A model generated the notes under the pieces. It searched no databases. It was not told where the DNA came from and saw only the letters and a program-made list of their open reading frames with translations. Below, in pieces: positions 11,218 to 24,727 of a stretch of 64,000 bases of DNA. The stretch covers positions 1,364,001 to 1,428,000 of the forward strand of contig NC_090601.1 in assembly GCF_000497125.1 (NCBI RefSeq), in the 5' to 3' direction. The position numbers were made by a program, and so were the translations under genes. The stretch comes from Spironucleus salmonicida (Eukaryota). How positions within the stretch are numbered: the stretch's first letter is position 1; every line of letters starts with the position of its first letter.

Positions 11218-14200
11218 ATGTCCTTCCCCTAATCTTTGTAAGCTATATTACCCATTAAGGAAGATGCGATGTTCATCTTCTAAACAAGAGAATTCAATCA
11301 GTAAAATCCGAATTCGCTCACATCCATTATCTTTAGACTCCTATTCTAGGATGATATTAAAGGTGTATTGCTTGTCATTTACAAGACTTCTGACATAGAT
11401 ATCCTTTGTATTTCTGATGCATCCTTCACCAAATTAGCACAATTTTAGTCCCCATAAATTAGAGTAATAAAAGTAGAGAAGGGCGGTGATATCCCCAAAG
11501 GCCTAACTGATGTCATCGAAAAGATGAAAACACTACAAATGGTATCCTATGCGGATGATGTGACCTCAAATTTAACACAAAAACTCATCGATAACTTAAA
11601 ATCAAACGCCGTAACGATAAGCAAACTATCACTTCCAGAAAGATTTTACCACCTCCAACCGTCAGATTTCCCACAAATAAAAACTGCAGTGGCTGCCGCG
11701 CAAACTTCATTCACAGCAGCCATTGAAGCACTTACCAAACGTGCTCCAAAGCTTATAGTCGATAAAATCTTCGCCGGTTACGAAACCATCGAGAAATCTA
11801 ACTAATTCTCGATCTTCACACCCTAGCAAACCAAATTATCTATTACGCAAACCCTCTAGGAAGGCGCACTGGCGAAGGGCCTCGCCGCGTTGCGAGCTGG
11901 GTTCTCTTGTGCCTCGGAAATGAAGGAGAGCAAATTCCAGGCGGTCCAAATTTCTTGCAGCTCAACGCTACCATTCCAAGTTACCCTTGGCCGCATGGCG
12001 ATCGTCTGCCCTGAAGCGCTCAAAAAAGACGTCTAAATCGCGCTGGACAAGCTCGTGGAGCTGCATGAATTGAGCATCAAAGCGGTCCTTCCGGATATGA
12101 CAAGCGACCAGCTAAATGCAGCTTTTGGCAAGCTCAGAACAGCTTCAGAGCTCAAAATAAGCGAGAAACTGTCGATTTCGGCCGTCTGCGGAGCCAGCCA
12201 GGCCGGAATTTCGCTGAAGTCCGACATGCCGAATTTGCACTGCCCAATGAGCGCCAAAAGCGGCGATTCAGCGTTCGTCACTGACGCAAATACGCCGTTT
12301 TTAATCCGCACGACCGCGCTGATCGAAGTGGCTGGAAACGCGTTTTACGCGACTTTTGCGGACACGATTATGCCGATGGAGGCCGAATCGGTAAGCCAGA
12401 AGTCGCTCACGAGCCCGTTTCACACGCGTGCGAGCGTGAACGAGGTTTTGCGCGACTATTATATCATTAGAGAGGTGATTTCGGAGCAGCCAAAAACAGC
12501 ACCAAAACCCTCAAAATATCCCGTAAACACCCCTTTGAAGCAGAAAACGCTCGACGATTCGGACGATTCGGACTCGAATTCGGCCCAGGACGTGCTGGCG
12601 AAGCGGCGCGAGGCGCAGGCGAGGCGCCGCATGCTGAACGAGCGCCACGAGGAGCTCAGAACACTCCTGAAGGAGGACATGCAGCGGCGGCTGCAGACGC
12701 AGAAATTGATCTGCGACGCCGAAAACGCGCAAATCATCGAAATTGCGTACAAAGAAATCACAGATTTGCCGCACGCGCTCGAATTCACCAAAAATTCGGT
12801 CGTTCCGGGCGAGAAAATGTTCTTTTTCATCAACGGGCGCCCTGTCTGCTTTTTGAGTTCACTCCTGCACTCCGTGACCGTCTCTGGGGACGACAAAAAG
12901 CAGATTAGGATCAAGTTTATCGCGCCTGGTCAGATCGTCGGAAAGCGCGAAATGCACCCGCAATTGGAGAGTTACAGCGAGTACTCGTTTTTGAAAGAGA
13001 TCGTTTTGGAGACTTCGAACTTTTCGGTCGTTGGGAAGATCACTGACCGCTTCGAGAAAATCCGGCAAAATGCCGACAAATCGCGTCGTTCTGATGCCAC
13101 TGATATTTATCAGTTTGCAGAGTTCGACGTCGATTATTTGACGCCTAACATTTTGCGTGACTTTTTGACCTCTTTGGAGCCAATAAAGAGCACGAAATCG
13201 CTGTTTTAGATCGGATCTAATACAATCGGTTAGACGCTTGAAATGCGGCCTAAAATGAAGTCTGCTAACGGCGGATAAGGCAGGAAGGATCAGGGTGATT
13301 TGTCGATTTTAGAAAATGGCATAAAATACAGATATGCGGCTGCTGGCTAGGCTGCTGTGGAGATTTTCTTCTGTTTCCGAGGAATTCGCAAGATTTTCTA
13401 CGAGAAATTCAGAGATAATTAGCATTTTTGTGTGGTCAGTATTTTGCTGTACAAAGGCGTCAGAATCGAGGAGATTATTGTAGATTAGGGAATGCTGAAA
13501 TACATCGTTTAAGATCCCAATATGTACGAAAGGTTCACGTTCATATGCTCTATGGAAACATAAATGCAGCTTGGGTAAGGCAGAGATAGAGAAGAGGCAG
13601 AATAAGAGAACCAAACTAGGTAGATGATGAGGCGCGCGAATTCGCGTTTTGAAGAGTTTTTTGATAAGCTTAATTAGTAAGTAAACGAATATTGTCAGCT
13701 AATCACCGCTGAAGAAAGGGCCAAGAATCCTACTTTTATCAACCCAATCGGTATGATAAGCTAAGTATCTAGAAGGACCAAAATGCTCAAATTTACTGGT
13801 TCGGTTGAAATGAAAGGGTAGCAGTAAGTGTTCTCTTATGATCCGAATTTCCTAGGTGTTTTTAATGGTAAAGTATAGAAAACAATCGATATGAGCGATA
13901 TTCAGATTGTTGTATTCGAAAATATCAGCTATTCGACCCATAATGCGTTTTAAATTGCCTTTGTGTACAAGGATATACGTGTTGAACCCTATATTATAAG
14001 ATAAATTTAATTCCATTTTGTTACGGATCTCCAAGACTATTTCACTGAAAACAAAGTCTACTGGGCTGAGTTGAACGATTCATGTGTCTGGGCCGAAATG
14101 AGGAAGCGATTCAACGCATCCAGGGAAGAATATGAGCAGTTTGTTATAGATGGTGGCTGGGTATACGAATTCGGTCTAAACTCGGACAACGAGGGTGTAG

Positions 14201-14352
14201 AAGCTGATGAGGAAGACGAAGACGCATACACCGCAAGCGTAGATGCGGATCCCGATGATGACGAGGAGGCACCAAGCGAGTATGCCAGCGAGAGCGTGAA
14301 AGAGAGCGATGGATCTGAGTCCGTTTACGACTGGAGCAGGAGCGAGGACTGA
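11218..14352 (+). CDS. SPT16: FACT complex subunit Spt16 (1044 aa)
   Basis: One code-6 frame joins track ORFs 11524, 12055 and 14071. 'INGRPVCF' middle domain, 'FVIDGGW' followed by an acidic tail, and size all fit Spt16. Confidence 0.8.
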
Positions 14353-14361
14353 CGTAATACT

Positions 14362-14862
14362 TCACTTTTGGTAGTTGTAGTCGAACAGGTTGTTATTTTT
14401 TTTCCAAAATTCCCTATTCTTCTGCACCGCCCGCTTGTCAACAACCCTTTTACTGATCTCATCAAGTTCCTAGTCTAACCTTGTTCGCGGCATATATTTG
14501 TTGTACTACATCCATTCATTCTGGGCCTTGTACCGCGGTAGGTCGAACCCTACTGCCTGAATTGCGTCGTCTGTGACTTTTTAAAAGTCGATTTCTGAAT
14601 AGCATCGCTATTAGTTAACTACCTTTACTGGAACATGGTTATATTTTATTTATTTTGAAGGCTTTTCACTGAAAAGTGGAATTAATTACGTAGTTTCGTA
14701 AAGGCTACATAACTATGGCTTTAGATTGGTTGAAGTAGGAGCAATGTACATATCAGATTTAAGAAGCTTCTAGTTAAATTTGGTATGCAGTTTTATTTCT
14801 GATAGTGAAGTTTATGACTTCGAAAGAGACATCGGTTTCTTGATAGTCTTTCCAAGAATCAT
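14362..14862 (-). CDS. Hypothetical protein (166 aa)
   Basis: Open code-6 frame MILGKTIKKP... ending AAG-TGA. Confidence 0.6.
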
Positions 14863-14979
14863 TCTTAAAAATATATATCATATTATTATACACGACTCTT
14901 AGATATTATGAAACCACATAAATTATTACAGTTGATAATTAATTATATATTATTAAACAAATAAATGAGAATCAGTACA

Positions 14980-16506
14980 TCATGGCATTAACATACCATA
15001 AGTTCTAGGATAGAGAACGGAATCTCTGATGTTATAGATGCCTAATACCCAGCAGACGAATCTATCTAATCCAAGCCCACAACCGCCGTGGGGATGAGCA
15101 CCATACTTTCTTACGTCTGTATACCAATAATAATCGTCAACTGAAATACCTTCTTTTTCATATGCCTTCAAAGTGGTCTCAATATCAGGGATTCTCATGC
15201 TCCCACCGACGATTTCTCCTACAGTTGGAACGAGTAAATCGACTGAATCTGTCAGTAACTAGTTCTCCTTACATTTTGGCATATAAAAAGCCTTGATTTG
15301 AGCAGGGAACTTGGTCAAGAAGACTGGTTCGTTAATTTCGTCAATCATCTTTCTTTCTTAGGTTTCAGCGATATCGTCACCAAACTTGAATGCTTCTCCC
15401 GCATCGTTCAAAATATTTCTCTCGTTCAACCAAACGATAGCTTCCTCGTACGACATGCGCTTGAATGGTTATTTAAGCATTTATAATGGCTCAGGGTTGA
15501 CAACTTTGAGCAATTCACCGTGTCTAGTAAGCATGTTGTTGACCACAAAGCAAACCATGTCCTCAATGTTCTGAAGAAGATCGTCGAAAGTGATGAACGC
15601 GTGCTCGGTCTCTAAATGCGTAAATTCGGCTAAATGGCGCCTCGTGTTGGCCTTTTCTGCACGATATGAAGGAGCGATGCAGTAAACATCACCAACGGCG
15701 TGAATAACTGACTCCAAATAGAGCTGAGACGACTGGGTCATGTAAGCCGTATCTCCGTAATAATCGAGTTTAAAGAGGCTGCTACCACCCTCACAAGCCG
15801 TGTTGACGATTGTTGGAGGGTTAACTTCCGTCCAATCTTTCGATGTGAAGTGCTCCCTGAAAAGTTGTAAAATGTGATTTCTGAGCTTTATTGTCGCACT
15901 GCCCTTCTCGAAACGGTGGTAAATGTGCCTGTTCTTTCCACGAATTTCGAGGCCGGAATTCGCCTGCAGAAGGTTCTCAAAATCGCCTTCTGAGGTGCCT
16001 ATAATTTCGATGTAATCGGCGCTGAGCTCGAAGCCGCCTATGGCCTTCTCCTCGCTTTTCAGCTCCCCTTTCACGAGGATTGCGGTCTCGCGGACGAGCT
16101 TCTGGCCGATTTTCGCGCAGTCGCCGTGCAAGACAACCTGGCAGTAGCCGTGACCGTCACGAAGTGTCACGAAAACGAGTTTCGACGACTGGATTCTGAC
16201 GCGGTGGCACCATCCCTGCAGGAGAGCGCGCGAAGTTGGGACAAGAGCGTTGAGCTTGAGGCAGGTCGCGGCAGGGAGGGATACGTCCTCAGTGAGTGTG
16301 AATATCGCGTCCTGCGTTTTTCTGGCCGATTCGTCGTTAGCGAGCTTCTCGGCGGTAAATTACTTTTTGTACTTGATATCGACGCCCTTGGCGAGCGTTT
16401 TTGCTTTGTTCTTGGATATCGGCTCTCCGGACTCCTCTGTCATTGTTTTGATAGCCTCCAGTTCGGCAGCAATCTCGGTAGCGTATTGCTCGGTGTATGT
16501 GGACAT
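14980..16506 (-). CDS. NARS: Asparaginyl-tRNA synthetase (508 aa)
   Basis: OB-fold 'LRDGHG', CEGGSSLF, TQSSQLYLE, YRAEKANTRRHLAEFTH, PHGGCGLGLDR. Confidence 0.95.
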
Positions 16507-16817
16507 TTATAAGGAACGGTGATTTAAGAGAAGTGGTGGGATAAGTTGATATTATACTGAAATAAAGTAAATCTTTAATAATTCTTTACAAATATAACAA
16601 TTTACTGTATAATACTTAGGTGCAGTAGATATTGTGTATTTAAAATTATGTAATTAATAAGTAATATAAAGTTAAATATAAAAATCTTAGGGAGATATTT
16701 AGGGAAGATATATAGTGGCGAAAATCCAATTATAGATATAGATAAGAAAAATAACGAGTTTCTAAAAAAATTATTTTAAGTAAAAACATTAATTGTATCC
16801 ATATTTATAAATTTTTA

Positions 16818-17051
16818 TCATTAATTCACGTCAGAATTTGATTAAACACGTTCTTGCTTAGTATTTCTAATAGATGTTTTTTCTTGAATATATTACGCTT
16901 TACTATTTGACTGAAGTAGAGAATCAATAATTTCATCATCATAGTTATAATTAATTTTTACTGTTTCTGTTATATTGAAAGAGTAATTCAACCCTTATGA
17001 TTCTTCAATGACTTCCGGTACCAGATGAATGTTAATTTATTATTCTTACAT
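16818..17051 (-). CDS. Possible small hypothetical protein (77 aa)
   Basis: ATG to TGA under code 6 with protein-like composition; head-to-head with 17112. Confidence 0.3.
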
Positions 17052-17111
17052 TATGTAAATCATTAATAAACTGATATAATAATAATATTTATTCCTTTCT
17101 AATTTATCTGA

Positions 17112-17852
17112 ATGTCACTTCCACCTGGATTTGTCTTAGAATAGAAAACTTTTGAGCTTTCATTCACTTAACCGAGTTAGATATCAAGACAGTATATTAA
17201 TTAATTTACTGATCATATACATACAGCTCCTAGCCCTATTTCGACTAATCAATAGAATTATATCAAAGCTACAGCAATTTCCAGAATCAACAAAGTAAAC
17301 TAACAGAAAGATATAATATTACCCTATTTACTATCATTCCCTGTCAGTTCTGATCTGATCCCTTCAGCATATGCACTAAGCTTTGATAACTTTGCCATGA
17401 TTGTCTCTTCCAAGGTGGAGAAAGAACTTTAAAGAGTTACAAGACTCTCAAGATCCGCCAAGGGTATATAAATTTTAACAAATTTACTTCAATCTGACAC
17501 CTAGTTAAAACCAGAGTGTATACAGTATTTGCTGCATTTGGACCCTATGTTTGGCTTGCTTAATAGTCTCAAAGACTACATTATTAAGAACAATATATTC
17601 AACTTAGTAAAATCTGACATTATCAACTCAGAATGCATTGCCTTCCTGCCAATATTTCTTGCCAGCATCACTATCGACGAGATAATAGACCTATGTAAAC
17701 TTCCAGCAAAGCCTATTACTTTCTGGATATATATGAGAAATATCGTAAAAGATATGGACTAGGATCAAAAAGATGATTTATCAATGGCCTCCCTGGACTT
17801 CGATGGTAAAGGAGAAGAATTTAACAAATTTGTTATGGAAATTGTAGAGTGA
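17112..17852 (+). CDS. Hypothetical protein (246 aa)
   Basis: Code-6 ORF containing track ORF 17529; ends GAG-TGA. Confidence 0.7.
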
Positions 17853-17865
17853 AAGTAAGGTTCAA

Positions 17866-18762
17866 TCATTCATCTGCACCATCCTCTAGTGCATTCTCAT
17901 GTACAGGAGATTCAACACTTTCAGGTTTTTTATAAACCTTCGTGTAGTAATAAAACTAACATAATATTACAACGTCAAGTGAAACTGGAACAAATGCTGC
18001 CAGGAAATACGGAATTTGGTCATATGATGAGGAAATGTTGGCTGAATCAAAAATATAAATGCTTGCCGTTGAAAGGCAAAGCTAAGAGAGCTATGTAACA
18101 TTAGCCGCTATAGTGATACAGAACATAACGACAGAGAGTCCTTCCACCGACTTTCTTTTATAATTCAAAGCTATCTAAAACGGCCTTGTCAGACAGTAAA
18201 ATGGTACAGTGGCATAACCTAACACCAAGCCTATAATATTTCGAGTTTTCGATATTACGGGAGTGCTGCACTCGGTGAAAACCCCAGTTGTAGAGGTGAA
18301 AAGCTAACCTTATAGGACTCCGATGGTAATCAGAAGCGAGATAACATATGCGAAGATCATCCCATAAATGATACCTTCTTACAAGTTAACTTTTATTGAC
18401 CGTGAGATAGGTGTTTTCTTAGAGTAGAAAATCTACTAAAATATCATAACAATATCCATTGATATCCAAATTGCTGCTAATATTCGTTAAGTAAATAGTA
18501 AATCAAGAACAAATACAGAAACTAAATTCAATGTATCTCCAGACACCAGAAAGAGTATAAAGCCCCATGACATACCACCTGATGACTTTATAAGATACTG
18601 CTCCCTAATTTGAGGGTAATTTGCGACAACCCAGCAAAATAGAGAAAGCCACCCAAAAATGAATTGGGCATAATCTAGATTGTTGTACTTGCAGTCGCCA
18701 AAAGCTGCATTAATGAAGGCATTTGCATCGTCTCCGTCATGTTTTGCGCATCGGCAGGGCAT
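17866..18762 (-). CDS. PQ-loop transporter, PQLC2/YPQ-like (298 aa)
   Basis: Two PQ-loop repeats: NYPQIREQYLIKSSGGMS and RPFQIALNYKRKSVEGLS. Multiple TM helices. Confidence 0.85.
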
Positions 18763-19624
18763 TATTAATAACTTATTGTACTGTAATTATATCGGCTGGA
18801 AATTAATTATTACTAGATTCGACTGATACGCTATTTAGATTTTTAAAACTAATGATTAGTCTATTTTTCAAATTTTACGGATAAATACACACTATAGTAA
18901 TAAAACATAGTATACTTCAAATATATAGTCATATTTTATTGAACAAACTAGATAATATAATTATTATATAATTTACATATATGTTTAGCTAAAATTATTC
19001 GTAAGAAACACAAGATAAATTACTATTTACTAGTTATAGTGAATGTATTAACAAAAATAATTAAGGATCAACATATAATTTAGCACGAGTAAGTATTGCT
19101 ACTTATTGAAAAAAATATATTGATTTCATATAATGTATATATATAATTAATCATACGATTTTCAATTAGAATTTAATGTATTCCATGGAAATTTAAAAAA
19201 TAAGCAAGCATGGCTAAGAAACTTAAAATATATTTAATCGATTTTATTCTATAATCTCTGCATTACATAACTCTTTTTCAGTTCTATAAGAATAAACTCA
19301 AGCTATGAGGACACTAAGTCCTTTTATACTTTATGGTCATATTTATTAGAAAATATTAAACTTTTTAAATAAAACACATCTGAGTTTATACTTAGTTAAA
19401 TTAATTCAGTTATAATCTGTGCACTAAATTTACAAATTAGTATACACCAACTTTAAAAATACACTAAATACTAAAAAATCTTATAATATATCTAGGTCTA
19501 AAATTATAATATTACACTATAATATTACAATTTCAAAATTATATTATTTGTTGTAAGAAATAATATTGGCATAAACTGTATCTTCGGCTATATAGAACCA
19601 CTCTATGATTTAACGCCTTCTAAT

Positions 19625-20056
19625 ATGTCTGATGAGTACCTCGAGATGCTGAAGCCGGACCCCCACATGACGCCGGCGATCCAGGCCGAGATCGACACCT
19701 TCCCCAAGCTGTCCCGCGCGCAGTAGGTGAAGTTCTTCCAGGACAGATGCGGGGGCTGGGAAGACGAGACCACCTGGAACTTCTACTGGCAGTACATCCG
19801 CATCATCCAGGACTAGGACGACAACGACAAGATCATCTCCGAGATTTGCGGTGATTCGACCCACACCAAGGAGGAGATCGATGAGCTTGAGAAGCAGCTC
19901 ACCGATGCGAAGCTGAAGTACGCCGGGCTGCAGAAGCAGAAGAGGGAGGCAGACAGCGTCGCAATGGGCAACATGCAGCGCGAGGCGGAGAAGCTCACCC
20001 AGGAGCGCCAGGACGCCGCCGCCCTCCAGCAGGAGCAGGACGAGCTGAACATGTGA
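19625..20056 (+). CDS. 'WNFYW' family coiled-coil protein, copy A1 (143 aa)
   Basis: Strongly GC3-biased ORF MSDEYLEMLKPDP...WNFYWQYIR...ELNM. Confidence 0.85.
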
Positions 20057-20076
20057 TTGGTTTGCTCACTCATTCA
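19625..20076. repeat. Inverted near-identical duplicate of 27939..28390
   Basis: Reverse-complement match with only a few substitutions (e.g. GATGAG/GACGAC, CTT/CTC). Confidence 0.95.
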
Positions 20077-20464
20077 GTTCCTCTGCCGCCGCTGTATCGT
20101 CCTAAGCACGATCCTCTACTGCTTCCTATCCTATCTTCTTATTCTGGCGATCCTCTACCACACGCTGATGACGCTGCTTCGCATCCTCCAGCTCCTACTG
20201 GGCCTCACGTAGTTGAAGCTCCAGAGCAGGAATATCAGCATCAATCTCTTATGCTACTTTCTCTGTTCCGTCCCGATCCTCAATTGGTCGTAGTATGCGC
20301 CAGTAGAAGTTCCAAATAGCCACCTGGTGCATTTTTGGTAGCCACTAATTGCGCCAGGTTCGTTATTCCTCGGATGTAAGTGTTGGATAGAGTGCGATTG
20401 CATCATGCGTATCTTGCGGGGTATCTGGGTCTTTGATCAGGTACTGGACATACTGGTCTGACAT
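20066..20464 (-). CDS. 'WNFYW' family coiled-coil protein, divergent paralogue B (132 aa)
   Basis: MSDQYVQYLIKDP...WNFYWRILR...ELNE; colinear with A1; ends GAG-TGA. Confidence 0.8.
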
Positions 20465-20916
20465 TTGTGGAGGGGTGATTGGGAGTGGTAACGTATGGGG
20501 ACCAGTGGAAGTTTCACAGTTAAACATAGTGCATCCAGTTAGTACTAACATTTGATGGCAAATTGGATTGTTATACTTAAATTGTTTACAAACATTACTA
20601 AGATGCTGTAAAAAATTATCATTATGGATGATATATCTTGTATAGTTTGATATAATTAGAAATACTATATATAATATCTTTATATGATCTCTATCAGTCT
20701 ATATATGAGTTTAATTCTACTAGAAAAAAGAACTGATGTTTTCATAATATTCTACAATATTAAAAATACAATAGCTATATTGTATATTAAGACCATAACG
20801 TATTTATACTATATATATTCCGCTTTTATTAAGGGGTTTACCATCCGCCCTCCATATAACTAAAAATTAAATATATAATATATATTAAAAATTAAATTAG
20901 GTCTTCTCAGAAATTA

Positions 20917-21507
20917 ATGTCAGATTCGTCCACTTCCTCGAAACCTCTTGCAAACGAAATTTAATCCTTTAATGAATTTATATAACGTTTTAAATATCCT
21001 ATAATAGCTACAATTATAGCTATTATTCCATTTTTATTCGCTCTATCCCCTTGTCCTAACAACTTCAAAAAACACCAATTCACCTGCAAATTAAACGACT
21101 GTGAGTCAAAATGCAATGGTGGAGGATGTAGGTATGATCCTGTGAACCATAAATTTTCTTGCGTATGTAAAATTCATTTTGAAGGGTAATATTGTGAAAA
21201 TTGTGAAGAAGGTTATTTATATCAAAGCGATACAAAAGATTGTGAGCTTAAATCTTGTGTAAATGGGAAATATTAAAATGGAAAGTGTATATGTAAAGAT
21301 AATTATTCAGGTGATTATTGCGAAAATTGTAAAGGATAAATATATTAAAATAAGTGTATATTAAATATCGTTTGTAATGAAAAATAAAAACAGGTTTTTT
21401 CTGGGGGTTAGTTCAGCTGCTAGTGCAATAATGGATTCACTGGTAATAAATGCTAAAAATGTGAGAAAGGAAAAGTAGTTGTGGATAATATCTGTGTACA
21501 AAAGTGA
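20917..21507 (+). CDS. Cysteine-rich EGF/laminin-EGF-like protein with N-terminal hydrophobic anchor (196 aa)
   Basis: PIIATIIAIIPFLFALS followed by repeated CxCxxxFxGxxCExC motifs. Confidence 0.8.
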
Positions 21508-21517
21508 ACGATTTATC

Positions 21518-22090
21518 TCATTTTACCTGCTTAACATCTGCAATTACCGTGCTAAGGATAGACTTATACCCATCATTTGATGTATTATCAATATTAAAAT
21601 CCCAGGTAAATGATTGATACCATTTGTAAGTTTTGTCCATCCAGTCACGTGAGTCCTCCGAGAAATTTCTTCTGAAAGGCTCTTTAGCGAGTCTATCCTG
21701 AATTCTGACCCATAGTATTTCAGAGTCGACACTAATGTTAACAGTTGTGATTTTGATACCAACCTTGCTCATTTCCTGTATTTATGAATATATTAACTGC
21801 TTAAATGCAGCCTATTCTGATTCAGTACATTTTGAGTAATACAAAGCGCAATATGGTGACCTATCCGCATAGATTGTTTTGCCTTTATGTTGTTCGTAGA
21901 GGCGAAGAAGCCTATTAAACCAGTTTGCTACCCAAATAAATTCCATTGTAAGAGACTAGGAATGAATAATATCATAGTGTGGCATATCAATAAACATTTC
22001 ATCTAACACAATTTCTCCCTACTCTATTAAATGTTCACATATTGTTGATTTACCTACACCATGACAGCCCTCTAAACATATTACGTTCAT
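21518..22090 (-). CDS. P-loop (deoxy)nucleoside/nucleotide kinase-like protein (190 aa)
   Basis: N-terminal ICLEGCHGVGKST, DRS motif (YADRSPY), lid 'RIQDRL'. Confidence 0.75.
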
Positions 22091-22381
22091 TATAAGAGGA
22101 AAGTCGAACTTATTAATTAAAATTATTTATATTATAATATGATTTATAATATTTCTGTTATTATTTCCCGGTATAGTTTAAGGAAATTTTTAATTATTAA
22201 TTAAAAGTAAATCTAATTATTATATTTGTTTTAGATAGAATTGATATAAAATAATTGGTATATTTATAATGTATATAATATTTATTACTGTTTAACAAAT
22301 AATATATATTATACTTTTTATATTGTATTATTTTTCAATAAAGATAATAAATGTCATTAAACAAGATACAAATATTACTAA

Positions 22382-23869
22382 TCAAGTTAGCCTCTTTCTA
22401 TTTAACTTAGACCGCTTAATAAATAATATAGATCTTACAATACCATAAATTGCAAAACAAATACAACCAACTATTAGTGTTACTCCTATTGTAGAGATTA
22501 TTGTCTCCATAGCATTAAAATTTACCCGCTACACATTATCAATAATGACTTCATATATTTCACCATCCATGCTCATTCTCATTATAAAATCTCTTTATCT
22601 AAAGAACTCAGAATCTGCTTCAAATATTATTTAAGCAGTGTTTTCTCCAAAAACTTTCAAAACTTTGCTTTCTTGAAGACTCATGCTCAATAAAACAAAA
22701 ATAGCATTATGATGCTAACATTACCCATTACTAAAAAATGAAGCATTAATTTATTTATTAGATTGAACTACACCAGTTGCTCGCGTCCAACAAGTTTTAA
22801 CTACTGTTGGTGTAAATTTATACAAAGACGCAATACTACCATCGACCTTGACTGAAAAGATGTCTAAATTCAAGTTATCATATTTTTAACTAAGAACAAG
22901 TTATTTGCAGATATCAATATCCTCAATATTTTAATCTTCACACCTTAACTAAATTAATCGATCTGGTTCAAGAGGATCATTATATATCATTTTAAAGGAA
23001 TATGTTTTATGAGCTAGTTAAAAAGAAAATTTAAATAAAGTCTAAGCACCTTTAGACAAAAGATATGTCTCATATAAACTACTATTGTAACTAACATTTA
23101 AATAAAATTTAGAATTCCATAAACCAACGCCAACTGCAGTTAGAAAATTAGGGACCGTGCTTAGTAACATTTGACCTATTTCATGATTAAATTTTACTAT
23201 AGTACCATTTTAATAACTAGAAAAAACAATTTAGCCGCTTAGAAACGGTATATCAATGGTAAATAAAGCGTTAATATTGATTTTTAATTATTAAAATTAG
23301 TCAGAATAATCAAAATCTAATAAATCCAGATCTGCTTGAACACCATTTATAGTAAACTATATTCTTTCAAGATAACTAGTCGTACCATGAGCTGGAAGCT
23401 ACATCTAAGTGATACATAATCCTGTCGGCTATAATGATACTGCTACATGATTTCTAAATATTTGTGCTGTTGAATTTGGATAATAGCATTATTAAAGATT
23501 AGATTTTTAGATAAAAAAATTATCTATATATTGTGTAATTATTTCTCCGTATGTATAAATATCTAATTATGCAGTGTATATTTTTCCTATGATTACTCCA
23601 GTTGGAAGAGCATCATGAAATAAAATTACAGCTGTTTTTTCATAATCATAATCATCAATAGTGGTCATTATCAGTGGAATTTTATCACCGTTTGGACTAT
23701 TTATAGTTAAGTTTGCTCTTACACCTAAAGGCAATGCTCTACAACGGATATTTTGAGTTGAAATCAAATATATTTAGATTTTGTTAGTATTAAGATCATA
23801 TATTATTGATGTATTACTAGCATAACAATCATATATAAGAGTTTGAAAAATTTATAATGCTAGAAGCAT
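22382..23869 (-). CDS. Type I membrane surface protein with sparse Cys (495 aa)
   Basis: Short hydrophobic N-terminus then DCY...CRALPLGV. C-terminal TM (TIGVTLIVGCICFAIYGIV) and basic tail. Confidence 0.75.
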
Positions 23870-24727
23870 TTTTAAACTAATTATTTTAATCCAACATATA
23901 TTGCACTTTATTAATATAATACTATTATTATTATTATTATTTTAATATTCCATATAAATATCATTATGTAGACATAAAAAGGATATATAATGATATTTGT
24001 TATATTTTAGTAATTCTCATAATAATTTAGTTGATCTGAATAATATCTTTATTATATATAAATTATAGTATTCATAATATATATATTCAGAATTTTTGAA
24101 TATCTGTTCATAGAAAGGGTAATAGCAATAGCGTTAATATCTTGCTAGAATATCTTAATATAAATATATATATAAAATAATTATTAAAATGTTTTGTATT
24201 CTAACATACATTATATACATTCTTTATGTATAAATCGCCGAATTTTAGCAATATGTAATTTACAAAAAGAAACAAATAATATATTTCATATAGATATTAT
24301 GTATTCGTGTAATTTTAATCCGGATAATAAAATATATTAATTATCTTAGATGAAGGCAACTTGTAGTACTTAATAAACTCAATAAAATATTGAAATTACA
24401 TCTTCAAAACTACACAGTAATAACTATTTGCTAATTATAACTAGTTATTAAATATGTGAAACAGCTAGCCTTGCTATGCTCCTTATCATCTTCGATTTAA
24501 ATGATATCTTTTAGGAAATCTTTCATTACATAGCCGAATTTAGCCGCATCTAAATAACAATCAAGTTCCTTCTCAGAAAATTTAATTACGATAATTGGTT
24601 ATTTCCATGTTTCTACTTTTTATAAACCCAAAACCTCTTAAATTTTATTAAGACCTATCCGTCAATCAAACTCAGATTTTAATATATTATTATATAATTA
24701 TCTATACATACTCATAATTTTTTTAAA

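Noticed and set aside
19610-20319. Track ORFs MGRITANL..., MSEQTNHM..., MIGLLTHS... and their copies near 28 kb
   Set aside because: Antisense or off-frame shadows of the GC-rich WNFYW genes.
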